Source: Paramecium tetraurelia (taxonomy: Eukaryota). From it: a stretch of 64,000 nt of DNA. Numbering within the stretch: the stretch's first letter is position 1; each line of letters starts with the position of its first letter. The stretch covers positions 62,001 to 126,000 of the forward strand of contig CT868039.1 in assembly GCA_000165425.1 (NCBI GenBank), read 5' to 3'. The notes beneath the pieces are model-generated. The model was not told where the DNA came from and did no database searches. It saw only the letters and a list, made by a program, of their open reading frames with translations. Shown in pieces: positions 28,096 through 41,793 of this stretch. Made by a program: the position numbers and the translations under genes.

Positions 28096-30283
28096 ATGGA
28101 CTTTGTAAATGAAAAGTACGCTGTTATCCCGAAATCTTTGAAGGTAAAAGTAATTCTTTAAGTGAGAGTGATGAAGAAATTTAAAAAAATATGGCCCCGG
28201 AATGTAATTCATTCGTTGAAAGAGCTAAATTTTTGTTGGTAAATGGATAAATTTTCTAAAAAATATTTGTTACAAAGAATATTGGAGATTCTTTATCTGA
28301 TCCAATTGGGGCATCATAATTATTAGAAATAATTGCAAATTAATTACAATCTTTGCATGATGAAGCCTTAATAAAAGAATACATTAAAGCAGTGAGTGAA
28401 ATATTCAATAAAATCGAAGTATTATGAATTAACATTTTTAGATCACCAATTAACTAAAATAGTCTTATAGTGACATTTGCTTCAATATTTTTACAAAACA
28501 ATATCAATAGTACGATATCATTAATTCTTGCTCAGAGATATTAAAATACTTAGATGACCTTGATATTTATAAAGAGGGGTTATATTTAGAAACGGACAAT
28601 CAAATGTATTAAATCCTAAAGATAATCGAAATATATTATCATAAATTCACGCCTGAATTAAAAAAATAGGCTCATCTTCAAATAAAATCGAGTATGAAGC
28701 ACAAAGACGAAAGAGTTCGTAAGACTATTTCAGAAATATTACTGAGTAATCAATTATTATTAAAATCCATATTACGAGAATTCGATTGGATTGATAAATT
28801 TACAACTTTAATTTATGACTCATCTAAAGATGTTAGAACGAGCTCAGCAAAGTTATTTTTAGTTACTTATGAACTCAATGAAGAGATTCATAAATCTAGA
28901 TTGCTACTTTTGTTAGAAAATATTATTAAATAATTAGATTCATCTTAATTTGAGTTTTGTCAATCAATCTCATAATATGTAATATTAACTATATTATTTA
29001 GAGCTTAAATTAAGATAACTTGCAATCACTTTTAATTGAAAAAATAACAGAAATCATAAACCATAATAATGAAAATACCTTTTTATTTTTGGAATCTATC
29101 CATAAGTATTACTCAATAATAAAATAATTTAATGAGAAGCACTCTAATTCAATTGATGATTTATTGATAAATTCTATAGAAGTACTTTCAGAAGATATGA
29201 GAAGTTACGACATATTTAAGTGCTTATCAAATTTATACTCTAATTTATCTTAGGATATGTAATTTAAAGTAATTTAAAAATTATTTCTTAATTTTGAATT
29301 AAATTAGCTAATGTTTATTCCATATTTATCTGAAATTATTGAGAAGGCAGCTCTAATAAATAAAAATAAAATTTGGCTTTAGTAACTTCAGATGATATAT
29401 GAAATGTTTAAAAGAAATGTTTTTCAATTTGAATCAAAAGGTTTGTGGAATGAGATATCAAATATGATCGATATTATGATCATGATATCTAAAATCTTAT
29501 TCTTGTAGAAGGATTTTCTTCAGTAATGTTTAAAAATGAGCCAAATTGGTTCTAAATCTATTAGAGATAAAATTATGAATTTTCTAATTGAGAAAATTAT
29601 TGAATTAGACTCTCTCGAAAGTCGAGATTAAATAATTCAAAATTATTTAGGACTTATAAATCATTCAAATTACTAATTACGATAATTATCTATTGAGTTT
29701 ATTATCAAATTATGCTAATAAAGATCTAGGAAGTTCTTCATTTCAAACAACTTGATAAATATCTTATAATTGTAGTATGATTCAGTTGCTTTGGTAAGAG
29801 CAAAAATTCCAAAATTGTTATTCCAAATAAAGTTATTATTTTGGAATGACGAAAAGGAAATTCTTAGTAGAATTGTTTAAATCTTTTAAAACCTGATGAG
29901 CGATAAGAAATTATACATTTAACAAGTACATTCTTATATAATAAGATTTCCAAAGACTTTTGGGCTGAACTAGCAAATATTTAATTTTCAAATGCAGAAA
30001 ACACAATTGAACAAAATTAGTTAATGGATGAAAGGGAACAATAAGAATATGCAAATTTAAAAGTATATACAAATAATATTAGATGATTAAATAATAATTG
30101 TTGCTTAATCCTAAAAATATTAAAAATGATGTCAGCAAATCCAGAAATCAAACTCCTACATCAAGACTGCCTCCATCAAATAAAAGATAAAATAATTTCT
30201 TATAAGTTCCCAAAGGCACACAGCCAAGAAAAACATCTGCCCAAAGAGTTATTTAATCAAAGTCTCCACAACCCTTTAAATGA
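28096..30283 (+). CDS. HEAT-repeat phosphatase regulatory subunit, PP4R4-like
   Basis: N-terminal LK..DEEIQK.....SFVERAKFLLVNGQIFQK resembles PPP4R4. HEAT repeats (DERVRK, DSSKDVRT, DSVALVRA). Multiple tiny introns. Confidence 0.7.
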
Positions 30284-30301
30284 TTTATTATATATTTTAA
30301 A

Positions 30302-31143
30302 ATGTTCACATTTAGAACAATTTACAAATTTACAGCCAAAGCAGTTGATACAGAGGCGCTTTTAAAGAAACTTTAGACAAAATCTTTAATCACCTTAACG
30401 AGGGACAATTATTAACTGAATATGGGTTTATTGATCCAAAGAGATACAATATTTCTTCATTACACAGAAGAGGAAATGAAACTTAGAAAATTCAGATATC
30501 AATTAGGTATTCATTAAGGGTGAATCTTTTATAGAAAAAAGAAACAATTATATTCCGAAATTGCCAAAAGAATTGCATGAGTACACTCATTTCACAGGTG
30601 ATTAGAATGTTTTTGGAGACGAAACACCAACTCATGTGAGATTGGTAGGGGATGTCCGTAGTGTATTTTTAGAAAACAGCAAATTCTTTAAGCATTGTGG
30701 TATTCATGCAATTTAATTCTTAGATCCAAATGAAAAGAATAATAAGTTGATTTAGTACAATTCATTGCACACAGTTTACTTATTGGTTAAACAAAATGGA
30801 ATTTGGAGTTTTCCAAATATCAATATCGAAGAGAAAGAAACTTTTCAAGAAACATAAACAAAATTATTCGAAAAGATGACTTAAAATAAGTGGCAAGTAT
30901 TATTTTTACATCAATTAGGTATACTACTTTACCAGAAGCCCAAGATTAGTGACTGTTGATCCTAACCCAGATGAAAATGCAAAAATAAAAGGAGTCAAGA
31001 CCATCTATTTTTAGGCCAAACACTTAAATGGAAAAGTTTAGATTTTTGGATATGATGATTGGGCTTGGGCTTCTAGATTAGAAATGAATAAATATTTAAC
31101 AGAAAGTGCTTATAACAAAGTTATCCATGCTCTAGATTTGTGA
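30302..31143 (+). CDS. Mitochondrial ribosomal protein mL46-like
   Basis: Presequence-like start MFTFRTIYKF, then VYLLVKQNGIWSFP and KTIYFQAKHLNG...DDWAWASRLEM (NUDIX-like mL46 pattern). Two introns. Confidence 0.7.
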
Positions 31144-31199
31144 GTTTATATTTTAAAGTATATTAAGAGAATTTTACATTTTCTGTAGATAAAGTAATT

Positions 31200-31836
31200 A
31201 ACCAATGATATGAATCATATTTTAAACTTAGGTTTTAAAGACTTTTTTTTAGGAAATATTTCTCTATTCTCTTTATCACAACTAGGTTCTTGTAATGAAT
31301 AGCTTATATTTCTTAATGGTTGTTTTGTAATTAGTTGAATTGAATAATTATGCCTTTTCTTTAAAGGAGAACTTGATAAAAAGTCACCATTTATATTATT
31401 TGAGATCTATTTCAATTTATTTTTCAAATCCTAATTTGTAGAACTTAATTTATGAATTGTAACTTAATTTTCTTATTGAACTAACTTCAATGCCTAAATT
31501 TCTTATGTATAACCATCCAATTTTTTTGCTAAAAACATTTCAAACTAATATAATTGCTTATTTAAATTGCTAATCATCTAATTATGATCTTTTTTCAAAT
31601 TCATCTCCTTAATTACCCATGCGCAAAGCTATTTGTACTCCATTAAAACACTTTCTATAAAATTAGTGTTTGTACACGATTTTTTTGATAAACAATTTTA
31701 TTGTGATCCCCCACTAAAATGAAATTAAGACTAATTACTTGTAAGGTACTCTTAAAGGAGTTATTGATTATTCTGATTTACAGGAGGCTCTATAATTGTG
31801 AGAAACGTTTGAATTTATGCTAATCATTGTCTTCAT
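31200..31836 (-). CDS. Hypothetical coiled-coil protein (3' end uncertain)
   Basis: ATG at 31836 followed by a heptad-rich code-6 frame. Confidence 0.5.
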
Positions 31837-32931
31837 ATTATTCGTTAAAATAATAATCAAAATAATAAATATGCAAAATTTACAATTTATCTAGATTTCT
31901 AAATTTTATTATCTGTAAATTTTTAGATTTATCAAAGTATATCTATGATTAATTTAATTAATTCAGTTTCCTATTTTTTGAAACATTAAAAGTAACAAGA
32001 TCAAAGGAAATTATAAATTTTAAATTAAATTACTTGAGTGAAATCAAATTTCGAATTGCTACATAAGAAACCAATCGATGATGTTATGTTGTTGAAGTTT
32101 AAATTGCAAAATACTTGAGAAATTTACATATGTTTTTTGTGATCTATTTAAATCCAATATTAATTCATTTAAAATTGTATCATAAATTTGGACAAAGATT
32201 CATATTTCTAGGCTTATGTTTGGCAAATAAATCATCTTTATAAAATGTAGACTTAAATTGAAATTTCATTATAATTTATGAGACAATTTAAAAACTTCAC
32301 ATCAAAAATTAGATTATTAGGGAAACAAATTCATTTGTTATTATATCTAATAACTTTAATTAAGCGTCTCATAACCTAATCATTAAATTCAGTTAATTGA
32401 CACATAAACCTTCAAGAATAAAGGAATTCTGAATGAAGGAGAATTTGTTTGAAAGGTAAAAACCCAGCATAAATACATACTCAAAAAGACTCTTTAGGAA
32501 TAAATCACACTAAATTAAAGTGCAAGAGAAATAAATCAACAACAGAATAATAATTTACATTTAATATACATTAAAGACTAAATTCATTAAAAATTTAGGA
32601 ATCAAAATATAATATAGTAATTACTAAATTATGGTTAGTTTCTTAAATTTTAAGATTAGAATAAAATTTTATAGTATTTTATACATATTTAGAATTTTAA
32701 TGATTATCCTATGTATTGTTTCTTATATTTATAGAATTTAGAGATTTCAAAAAATTAGATAGATATGTATGTCAAATATTTTTAATAGTAAACCCATTCA
32801 TTATTCTATTAAAACAAAATCCCAATTCAAGTATGGAAAATCTATAAAGGAATAGTTAACTTTACTTAATAGAATCATTAACAAAAACAGATAAATATAT
32901 TATGTAAAATATTAGTAATCTTATAATATCT

Positions 32932-34374
32932 TCACGAAATCTTATTGATATAATAATAATCTATGTCATTATATATCTCTTCTGAAATTAGATCATAACT
33001 TTTATCGATTTTTTTTCTGGAGTGAGATAATATGTCTGCATCATCCTCATTTAAGGCATAATTATTTTCATAAGATTTTTCTGACTTTGGAGAGAAAACA
33101 ATTTCACTCTCTTTTTACTAAAGCAAGTTGATCTTTATTCCTATTTAATGAGATTTCTGAAATTCATTTCTAAATTTTGATGATCTCATAACAAAATATA
33201 ACCTAGATATTTCATACAATAAATTCAAATAACTAAACTTTTATCGCATCTAATTTGAAACTTTCTCATAAAATCTTTCATAATTATTGATATCTATTTT
33301 CAACTTATTTAAACGAACTTCAACTATTTTCCCCCTCCAATTCTTTGTAATTTCTATTTTCTTAAATTCTGGGTAGTAAAAACTCATAAGCTCATTTAAT
33401 ACCTTTTGATTTAAAAAATATTCATTGAATAACATAATGATGTATTTCATCATAAAGAGTATGGATACAATAGATCCGATATTTGCTAATAGATCTCCTA
33501 CACGTGGATACTCTAAAATTATTTTTTCTTGGGTTCCTTTCATTCCAAGATACACTATTGCAAGTGCTTCATTTTAATATATTTTTTAGCAATATTCTAA
33601 TGAATTTGTTTAGGTTTGTATTTATAAGTCGACAATATACTCTTTGTATTGAGATGATCCAAATAAAATATAATTTTAGAGCTCAAATAAGGTTGTCTTA
33701 AAAAAAGATTGCATTGAATAGCAATAGTGTTATTCTATTTATAAATAGTATTCTTAGAATCCACGTTATTTTTTTCCATCCCGAGGATCTATTGTTGTTG
33801 AATAAAATTCAATTATAACGACATTTCCTATTTAGGCAAAGAATTGTTCTTTAAGTTCTTGCGATGCGCATTTTTCACCAGGTTTTAAATATTTTTCTGA
33901 ACATAACACTATTTCAATGTACATTTCATTCGAAGTATATATATAATCGTCAAAATTAGAAAAACCAAACTTCATATTAGGTACATAAAAATCTCCAGAA
34001 GAAGTAGGTGTATAATTTTGTATTATCTAAGCGTCTGTTAAAAAATTGTTATCAGCATAAACCACTAATGGCAATAAAATTTTTTATTCAAATGGATCTA
34101 TTATGCCTTCTTCGTATTTCCAATAGGATACTCTTACTACTTCTTCACTCAAGTCTAGCAAAGAATAGTCAGATATGTAATTTTAACGAGATACCTTTGG
34201 ACTCATCTAATTAGTTTACCAAAGATAGCCAATCCAAAATACATAAGCTAAACTTACTATAAAGATTGTAATCGTTATTATTCCCCCAAATATACTTTTA
34301 TATTTTGCTTAATCATGATCTATATTTTATACAATTGGCACTCCAAAGAAATCTGCCTTTTTTAGAATTTTCAT
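32932..34374 (-). CDS. Two-TM membrane protein with large central loop (copy A, 480 aa)
   Basis: Intronless 1443 nt. MKILKKADFFG..., TM1 GGIITITIFIVSLAYVFWIG, TM2 YPRVGDLLANIGSIVSILFMM. Confidence 0.85.
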
Positions 34375-34610
34375 GAATTAATTTGAATTAATATCTATAT
34401 ATCAAGCTTAATTGATAGGTCAAAAGAAAGATTTTTTGGTAATCATCCAATAAATTATGCCAAAAACTACGCCAAACAATTCAAAATTCTCATATATTCA
34501 TAAAATACTATATATCCTTAAGAATTTAGCACTGTATTATTGAATATGATTTTTAATATAACCTGCTAAGTTTATTATGATTATTTATTAATAATAGAAA
34601 TATAAATAAA

Positions 34611-35618
34611 ATGGCCGATTGGACAGCAACCAAAAATGATTATATTAGTGAAAGAAATTAAAACGAGAAATTAAAAGCTAAAGTTGAATCGTAAAATGAA
34701 GAATTAAAGAAATTACAAGAATAGATTGGTTAAGCTAGAACTTAAGTTGAGGGATTATTGCTGCAAAGAGGAAAAAAATAAGAAGTAATTTGAAATTAAA
34801 TTATGATTAGGTATTAGATAATCTTGAATACGTAAAATAAGTCTAAGTAACAACAGGTTAAAATAAATTGGAAGAATTAAACAGATAATTAGAAAGGGCA
34901 TTAGCTGAATAAAAAGCACTTTAACATGAATAAAATGTTGTTTAAGTACCTGAAGTAGCTGAATTAGTGATCAAATCTAAGGTATTCTTTGATTTTCCAA
35001 TATGATTAGTAAAGTGAGGTTGACAATGGAAAATTAAAAGTAGAATTTGAATTAAAGGAAAACTCTTCTCAAATTGAAGTTCAAGAATAATTATTGGCCA
35101 ATAAAAAGTCTGTATAATTGAAGGGTTATGCAATTCTTGATTCAACTTTATATTATTTTGACAAGGTTATAGAATTATGGAAGTAAGTTTAAGAGAGAGA
35201 ATCTATCGAATTAAATGGACATGTATTGACAATAATATATAAATGATAAATATTAATACGATTTCAACCTTAAGTATTTTCTAAACAAGGTGATCCTCTA
35301 CATCCGTATTCTATAAAGTTCTAAATAGGGAAAGTAACTATTACTAAAAATAATGATGGTAGAAAATCATTCTCAAGCTGGGTACTAAGTGTGATAGGAT
35401 GCATCCTTAATTAGCAGCGATATTAGAGCTACAGGAGCAGTATTACAATCAGAATTATAAGAGAATTTCTATTAAGATTATTCGGATAGTAAATTCTACT
35501 TCAGGATTTGCTCGAAGATTCAGATAAGTCAGAGACCTTCTTTACTTATTAGCATGTAAAAGAGTCAACCAGATTTGAAATAAAATAAGGAGAAGAGAAG
35601 CTGGATTATCGAATTTGA
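34611..35618 (+). CDS. Hypothetical coiled-coil protein
   Basis: MADWTATKNDY...EKLKAKVESQNEELKKLQEQ start with tiny introns. TGA at 35616-35618. Confidence 0.6.
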
Positions 35619-35640
35619 TAGTTAAAATTATTTATTTTAA

Positions 35641-38265
35641 ATGAGAAAATAAGCAGAATATGAACTATATAAACGTCTTAAATTACTAGGCGAGGGATCA
35701 TTTGGGAAGGCGTATTTGGTGGAATGTCTGTAGGACAAGTAGATAATGCTTTTAATTCTTAGGTCTCTGTGGGTCACCAAATACATGGATTTAGCTGCAA
35801 TGACTCCTTAGGAGAAAGACGAAACCTTGAGAGAATCTAAAATTCTTGAATTTCTATCCCATCCCAATATTGTGAAGTTTAGAGAAGTTTATAAAACAAA
35901 AAAGGCGAGATTGTGTATCGTTATGGAGTATGCCGATGGTAAATATAATATTAATTCTTAGGTGGTGATTTGGCATAAAAAATCAAGGAGGCTAAAGGCA
36001 AATACTTTCCTGAAACACAAATTTTAGATTGGTTTACTTAATTATGCTTGGCCATTAAACATGTTCACGATAGGAAGATTATTCATAGAGATTTAAAAGG
36101 ACAAAACATTTTCCTGACCAAAGAAGGCCAAATTAAATTAGGAGATTTTGGAATAGCAAAGATTTTGAAAAAAACAGTTGAGAAGGCTAAGACAATGGTT
36201 GGGACACCTTATTATATAAGTCCTGAAATAATAGAAGGCAAACCTTATACATTTATGACTGATATATGGTCAATAGGAGTTATACTATATGAACTGTGTG
36301 CATTGTAACCGCCTTTCAATGCTGAATCGCTACATTTTCTAGCCTTGAATATCGTTAAAGGACAATACAAGCCTATTCCTTCACATTATTCTAAAGAATT
36401 GAAATAGCTTGTCTAATCGTTATTGCAAGTTGATTATCGAAGAAGACCTACAATCTAAGAAATTTTAAGTACTGATTATATCTTATTCATAGAAATGCCA
36501 GTTATTACAAATAGAATTAAAAGCTTTTTAAGTGAAACCATCTAGAAGTAAGAATTTTCACACACTGTTTTCCACAATAAAGTTTTTGAAGTCAAAGGAA
36601 GTTTAAATTAAGTGAATTTAATATTGAATGAATAACCATGTCCTCCTTAGTATTTAGAACAAAATGCCAAGAATTTGTAAGAGTTTCCCAACATAGCTAA
36701 AAAACCTTCCATTCAAGAATTCGATGCTGTTCGACCTCCCTAACTATCAAAATAATAATAACAACCCTCATCTAGGCAATCTGATCCCTAAAAAGATACA
36801 CCAAAAATAATATAATAAGAATAATAAAAACCATAGGAATTACCAAAATAAATTGATGTTCCTAGAAAAATAGATCCCATCACAAAGAATTCACCTTTAG
36901 TATAAAAAAAAGATGTTTAAAAAGGAACTCCACCATAGAAGGAAATCAAAAAGCAATCACCATTATAAAAATATAATTCAAGACCCAGTAGTGATTAAGA
37001 AAAATAATAAAGAAGCGAGCCCTGTAAATTTGATGCCTAGGAGTAAAAGAAGCATTCAAACAGCAATGAATAACCAAAACATTAATAAAAAATTGAATAG
37101 CCAAGGTTAAATTATATTTAATTCATTTAGACCTCCAACTGCTCCAAAAGAAAAGCCAAAACCTCAAGTAGTCCAGTAAAGACCCTTAAGTTCAAAGCCA
37201 CAAGTTTAAGAGTAAAAAGTAGTTTAGAAAGTGAATGTTGAAAAGAAAAGACCCACAAGTGTGGATAAAGTTTCACCTGCCCAACAATAATAATAAAAGC
37301 AATCCCAATCAGAATAGTAACGTCAGGAAGAAAGAATTCGTTTGCTAAAATAAAAATAACAATAGGAGTAGTAAGAGAAAGAAAAGAAAGAAAAGAAGGA
37401 GAAAGAATAACAAATTTAATAAGAATAATTGCTAGAGAAATAGAGACAATATGAAAAATAATAATAGTTGGAAAAGTAATAAAAAGAAAAATAACAATAA
37501 CAATAATTGGAAAAGTAATAACAATTAGAGAGACAAAAAGAATAAGATAGAATTAGGTAAGAAGAAAAACAGAAAATTGCGTAAAATTAATAAGTTTCTA
37601 AAGTGGATGTTAATAAGTAAGATTAATAAAAACAAAATTTGGAAAGATAACCATCATAGAAATAATCTCAAATGGATAGCAAATAAAATGAATCAAAGGC
37701 ATAGTTGAAATCAAAAGCAGACTAACTCCAAAAGATAGAATAGAATGGCTAAGACTTTGCTCTTATGCTTAAAGAATTAGAAAGCTTGGTATACATTAAA
37801 TTTAATTAAGATTAACAACGTTAATAGTGCTATTGATAAATTTCCAAATATGGGTGGCAAAGAAAATTACTTTGACTTTAATTCTATTTTGACTATGTAG
37901 ATGGAAGATAGAGAGGATGATGAAGACGAACCAACTAATTAATTCGAGAAGAAAACAAAAGGTGGTCTAAAATTAATATCAAAAGAAGAGGAGGAATGTT
38001 TAGAGATGTTAAATAAGCAAGAGTCAAGACCCTCTAGTTTAAAAATAAAATTAGAAAGTGTTCTTGGAGTAGAAAAGATGAACAAAGCAAAAAACATTCT
38101 GAAATAAACTGTAATGTTATTATTTATGAATAGCTAGAGAAACTGGATTTAGAAACTATGGAATAAGAATACGGACCGAATTATGAGAAATTATTACCAT
38201 TTTTAACTTTTGAAGAAAGGAAAAAATACGCACCACTCTTATTTACTTATATTATATGCGGATGA
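35641..38265 (+). CDS. NIMA-related (NEK) kinase with Q/E-rich coiled-coil tail
   Basis: [62 protein letters not shown]. Confidence 0.95.
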
Positions 38266-38799
38266 TAGAATTGATTAGTTATTAAATAATATTAAATGTA
38301 TTTATCATATTGTAATCTTTAAAAAGGAAGTATTATAAAAAAATATGTAATATAATAAATAATGAAATATTGGACCAATCTTATATTATTATCTTTATAA
38401 TTTAAGATATTAATGTCAGTTTCTTAAAATATCCATCAAATAATTAATTTTTATATCGAGATAAACTAATAAACTGTTAATTGAAATCAGTTGTTAGATA
38501 GTAATGTAAAACATTGATTATAATGATTTCTCAAGCTACTTTCTTTTAATAACAGTGTATGAATTTAGCATAACAGGAATATTTTTATAAATATTTCAGA
38601 TTATCTAAACCTCAGAATACTTATTGTAGAATATAGAGAGAAAAGTAATGAATAAATAGACATGATTTGTCTTTATATATAGTTTTATTTATAAAGAATC
38701 AGGGAATTGTAATCTTTTAGGGCTCATAGTCTTATTTAGAGACTTGCCATAATATTCTCATCACAATCAATTTTTTAATTAAATTATTTAAACCCCAGT

Positions 38800-39543
38800 A
38801 TGACAGATTTTGCTTTGACAACTTTTAGCAGTAAAGGCAAGTTATTACAAATTGAATATGCTTTAAATGCTGTAGCAAAGGGAGATACAGCTATTGGAAT
38901 CAAGGCTAAAAATGGTGTAGTTTTGGTGGTGGAGAAGAAATAGTCATCAATTTTGATTGAAGAGTCAAGTGTTCAGAAAATAGCTTCGTTGACAGATAAC
39001 ATAGCAGCTACATATGCCGGTTTAGGACCAGATTTTAGAGTGTTATCATAATAAGCAAGAAAATTAGTGAAGAAATATGATTTGAAATATCAAGAGGAAA
39101 TTTTCGTATAAACATTAAGTAGAGAATTGGCAGAAGTAGATTTATAGAATAAAATTAGGATGTATAAATAGCTACTTAGAGAGGTGGAATAAGACCATTT
39201 GGTGTATCCATTCTTATAGCAGGCTATGATGAGGAGGGTCCTCATTTGGTGTAACTCGATCCAAGTGGCGCTTATTATAGTTGGAAAGCAACAGCAATTG
39301 GCAAATAAGCTAAGAATGCCAAAGCATTTTTAGAAAAGAGATATAATGCTGATATGGAAATTGAAGATGCCATCAATACAGCCTTATTAACATTAAAAGA
39401 AGGTTTTGAAGGTATATCAGTAAATATCTATCAAAGGATAAATAACACCTACTAACATTGAAGTTGGAGTGATTAGAGACGATCACGTGTTCAGAGTATT
39501 GCCACCATCTTAAGTAAAGGACTATTTGGAAGAATTAGAATGA
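38800..39543 (+). CDS. PSMA2: Proteasome subunit alpha type-2
   Basis: [48 protein letters not shown] and [16 protein letters not shown]. Two introns. Confidence 0.95.
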
Positions 39544-39591
39544 TAATTGATAATGAGATATTTATGAAATATAAATTAATCCTAATGTAAT

Positions 39592-40411
39592 TCATTTCTT
39601 TATAAACATTGAAAATATTCCTAAAAAGTAGAAAATACAACTAATTGTTGGTAATATTTTGAAGGAATGATGTAATAATAATACTAGTAATTAAATTCCA
39701 ATTATTGCATTTTCAGCCATCTCATTTGGTAATTTCACTTCTTATGGTAACCATTAGAAAAATGTGTAAGTTATTAATACTGGAAATGATGCTATATAAA
39801 CTAAAAAGGAGTTTTCAATTTTGTCTGAATAGAATCCAAAGTTGAATAAAGACATCATTATCATAAATGCTCCTTTGTATAATTGTAGGTTTTGGTTATG
39901 AAATCTATAGCGTTATTGAATAATCCCAGATCCAGTTTGACATGCTTATCCAAAAACCAAAGCCCACACAGCTAAGATTCTATCATTACTCATTAGATTC
40001 AAAGTGAATCCAAACAAAAACAAAATTGAACTCAAGTTATTTTGGAATTGGATGCTGTGAACAAATAAAGTTTTAAAATTGAAAACCAGCATAATCACTA
40101 ATAAATCTATTTTTCGTAGTGCTGCAAATAAGGTGAAATACCCAATGGCATCTTGGATATATAATATTGTTACTTAATCCTCCTATCACAGCCATCATCA
40201 AAGCATCATACTGAGATTCATAAACGTATTGTGATCTCTGAGAGTCAAGTAGCAGAATAAATCCATATTAAATTGACAATGTCACATAATTTGGTTCTAA
40301 TTCTTTTAATATGACCATTATGCCCAAACAACCTATAGCATTAATTGCCATCAATAGTTTTGAAGAATTATTCTGTCCAATTAATGAGTCAAGGTAGTCT
40401 ATACTTAACAT
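39592..40411 (-). CDS. Multi-pass membrane protein of unknown function
   Basis: Many hydrophobic segments and a probable short intron. Ends MFIKK-TGA. Confidence 0.6.
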
Positions 40412-40429
40412 TTATATAATTTAATTAAA

Positions 40430-40849
40430 TCAATGAGGCTTAGGTTTGTGACCATCAACATAGAAATTCCTTGTAGCTTTTGGTAATTATATTATAACAT
40501 TCTCAAATTTCTCGTCAACCTTTACTTAACATCCCAGTCTGGATGTTTCTGTCAATCCATATGCTAGATCCAAGAGATCTTCCTCCTCAGGTACAGGCTA
40601 TGGCAATTTATCATACAATTATTCTATATCAAATTCATGTATGTTACTTGGTAAGATAACATGGCAAGTTGAGCATGCTAGTGATTATTCACATGCACCT
40701 TCTAAATCAACTTCGTTTTTATGTGCGATTTATAATAAATTCTATCCAATTGGTGTTGTTACTTTTGTTAAGGAATTATCTTTATTTTTAAAATAGAATG
40801 TCACCATTTTTGATGAAGAAGCACTGTATTTACTAAAAAGTCTGATCAT
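40430..40849 (-). CDS. Mitochondrial adrenodoxin-type [2Fe-2S] ferredoxin
   Basis: LEGACEQSLACSTCHV, EEEDLLDLAYGLTETSRLGCQ and ATRNFYVDGHKPKPH. One intron. Confidence 0.95.
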
Positions 40850-41793
40850 CAAAATTAATAATTATGGTAATTATTACATTAGATTAATTGATTTATAACA
40901 CATTTTCAAACAATTTTAAATTCCCAATGTGGATTATTGTATACTTACATAGCAACATAAACAATACTTTTCAAATGATTATCAAACACTAATCCTAAAG
41001 GAATTATATTTTAAGAATTTAAATTATTGTTCAAAAAAGGACTGGTATTTATAAAGAGAATCCTGTTATTTAGGTTTAATCAGTATTTCTATGTATCTTA
41101 TTATATTAACGTTTTGAATTTGTAATAATAAAACAAGGGAAACCAATTTATATCTTCCGAATAATAAACTAAATTCAAAGAAAATACCAATATGAAAATA
41201 ACAATATTAAAGGTTTTTTTATTAGTCTTATGTTGAAAATGAATAAAATTTAAGTATAATGAATAGAACTCCTAAATATTTGTTATTTATGAAATTTTGT
41301 TTAAACTTGAAATATTTAATTTTCTAAAGTTAGATATAAATTGATTTATTAAATGTAATTTAATTGATTTATAGATCATCAATTCACATAAAATAACTTA
41401 GAGCTAAAGTACAAAGTTATCAACATTAGTTTTAGCAAATAATTTGATTTAAGTTTACTCTCAAGAACTTTTGGATTTCGGAATGTAGAGTTTAATCAAG
41501 ATCTAAAAATATAAATGGAAAAATTCTGGTATTTCCAAGTATGTAATTATTAGAATATGATTTGTTCAAGGTGATTAATCGTTCAATTATAGAATTTGAG
41601 AAGACACAGTTTCAGAAACTTCATAAATGGATACATAATTGAATTCAAAGAATTTTACAGAAGGAAGAGTAAGCATGAGAGGAATCTAAGTAAAATTTAA
41701 TAATCATTTTAGTGATGCAAATGTTTTGATTTCATTGCTCAAAAAAATGAAATCGATTATATATACAAAATATGAAAGAGGGTTTTTTAATTA

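Noticed and set aside
32789..32800. AAACCCATT resembling the snRNA upstream element
   Set aside because: No structured RNA is recognisable at the expected distance downstream.
37260..37750. Dense TAA/TAG/CAA/GAA repeats resembling a satellite or repeat array
   Set aside because: In-frame Gln/Glu/Lys coiled coil of the NEK kinase under code 6.
40900..41780. Coding-like patches upstream of the histidine kinase
   Set aside because: No continuous frame or motif could be established by eye.
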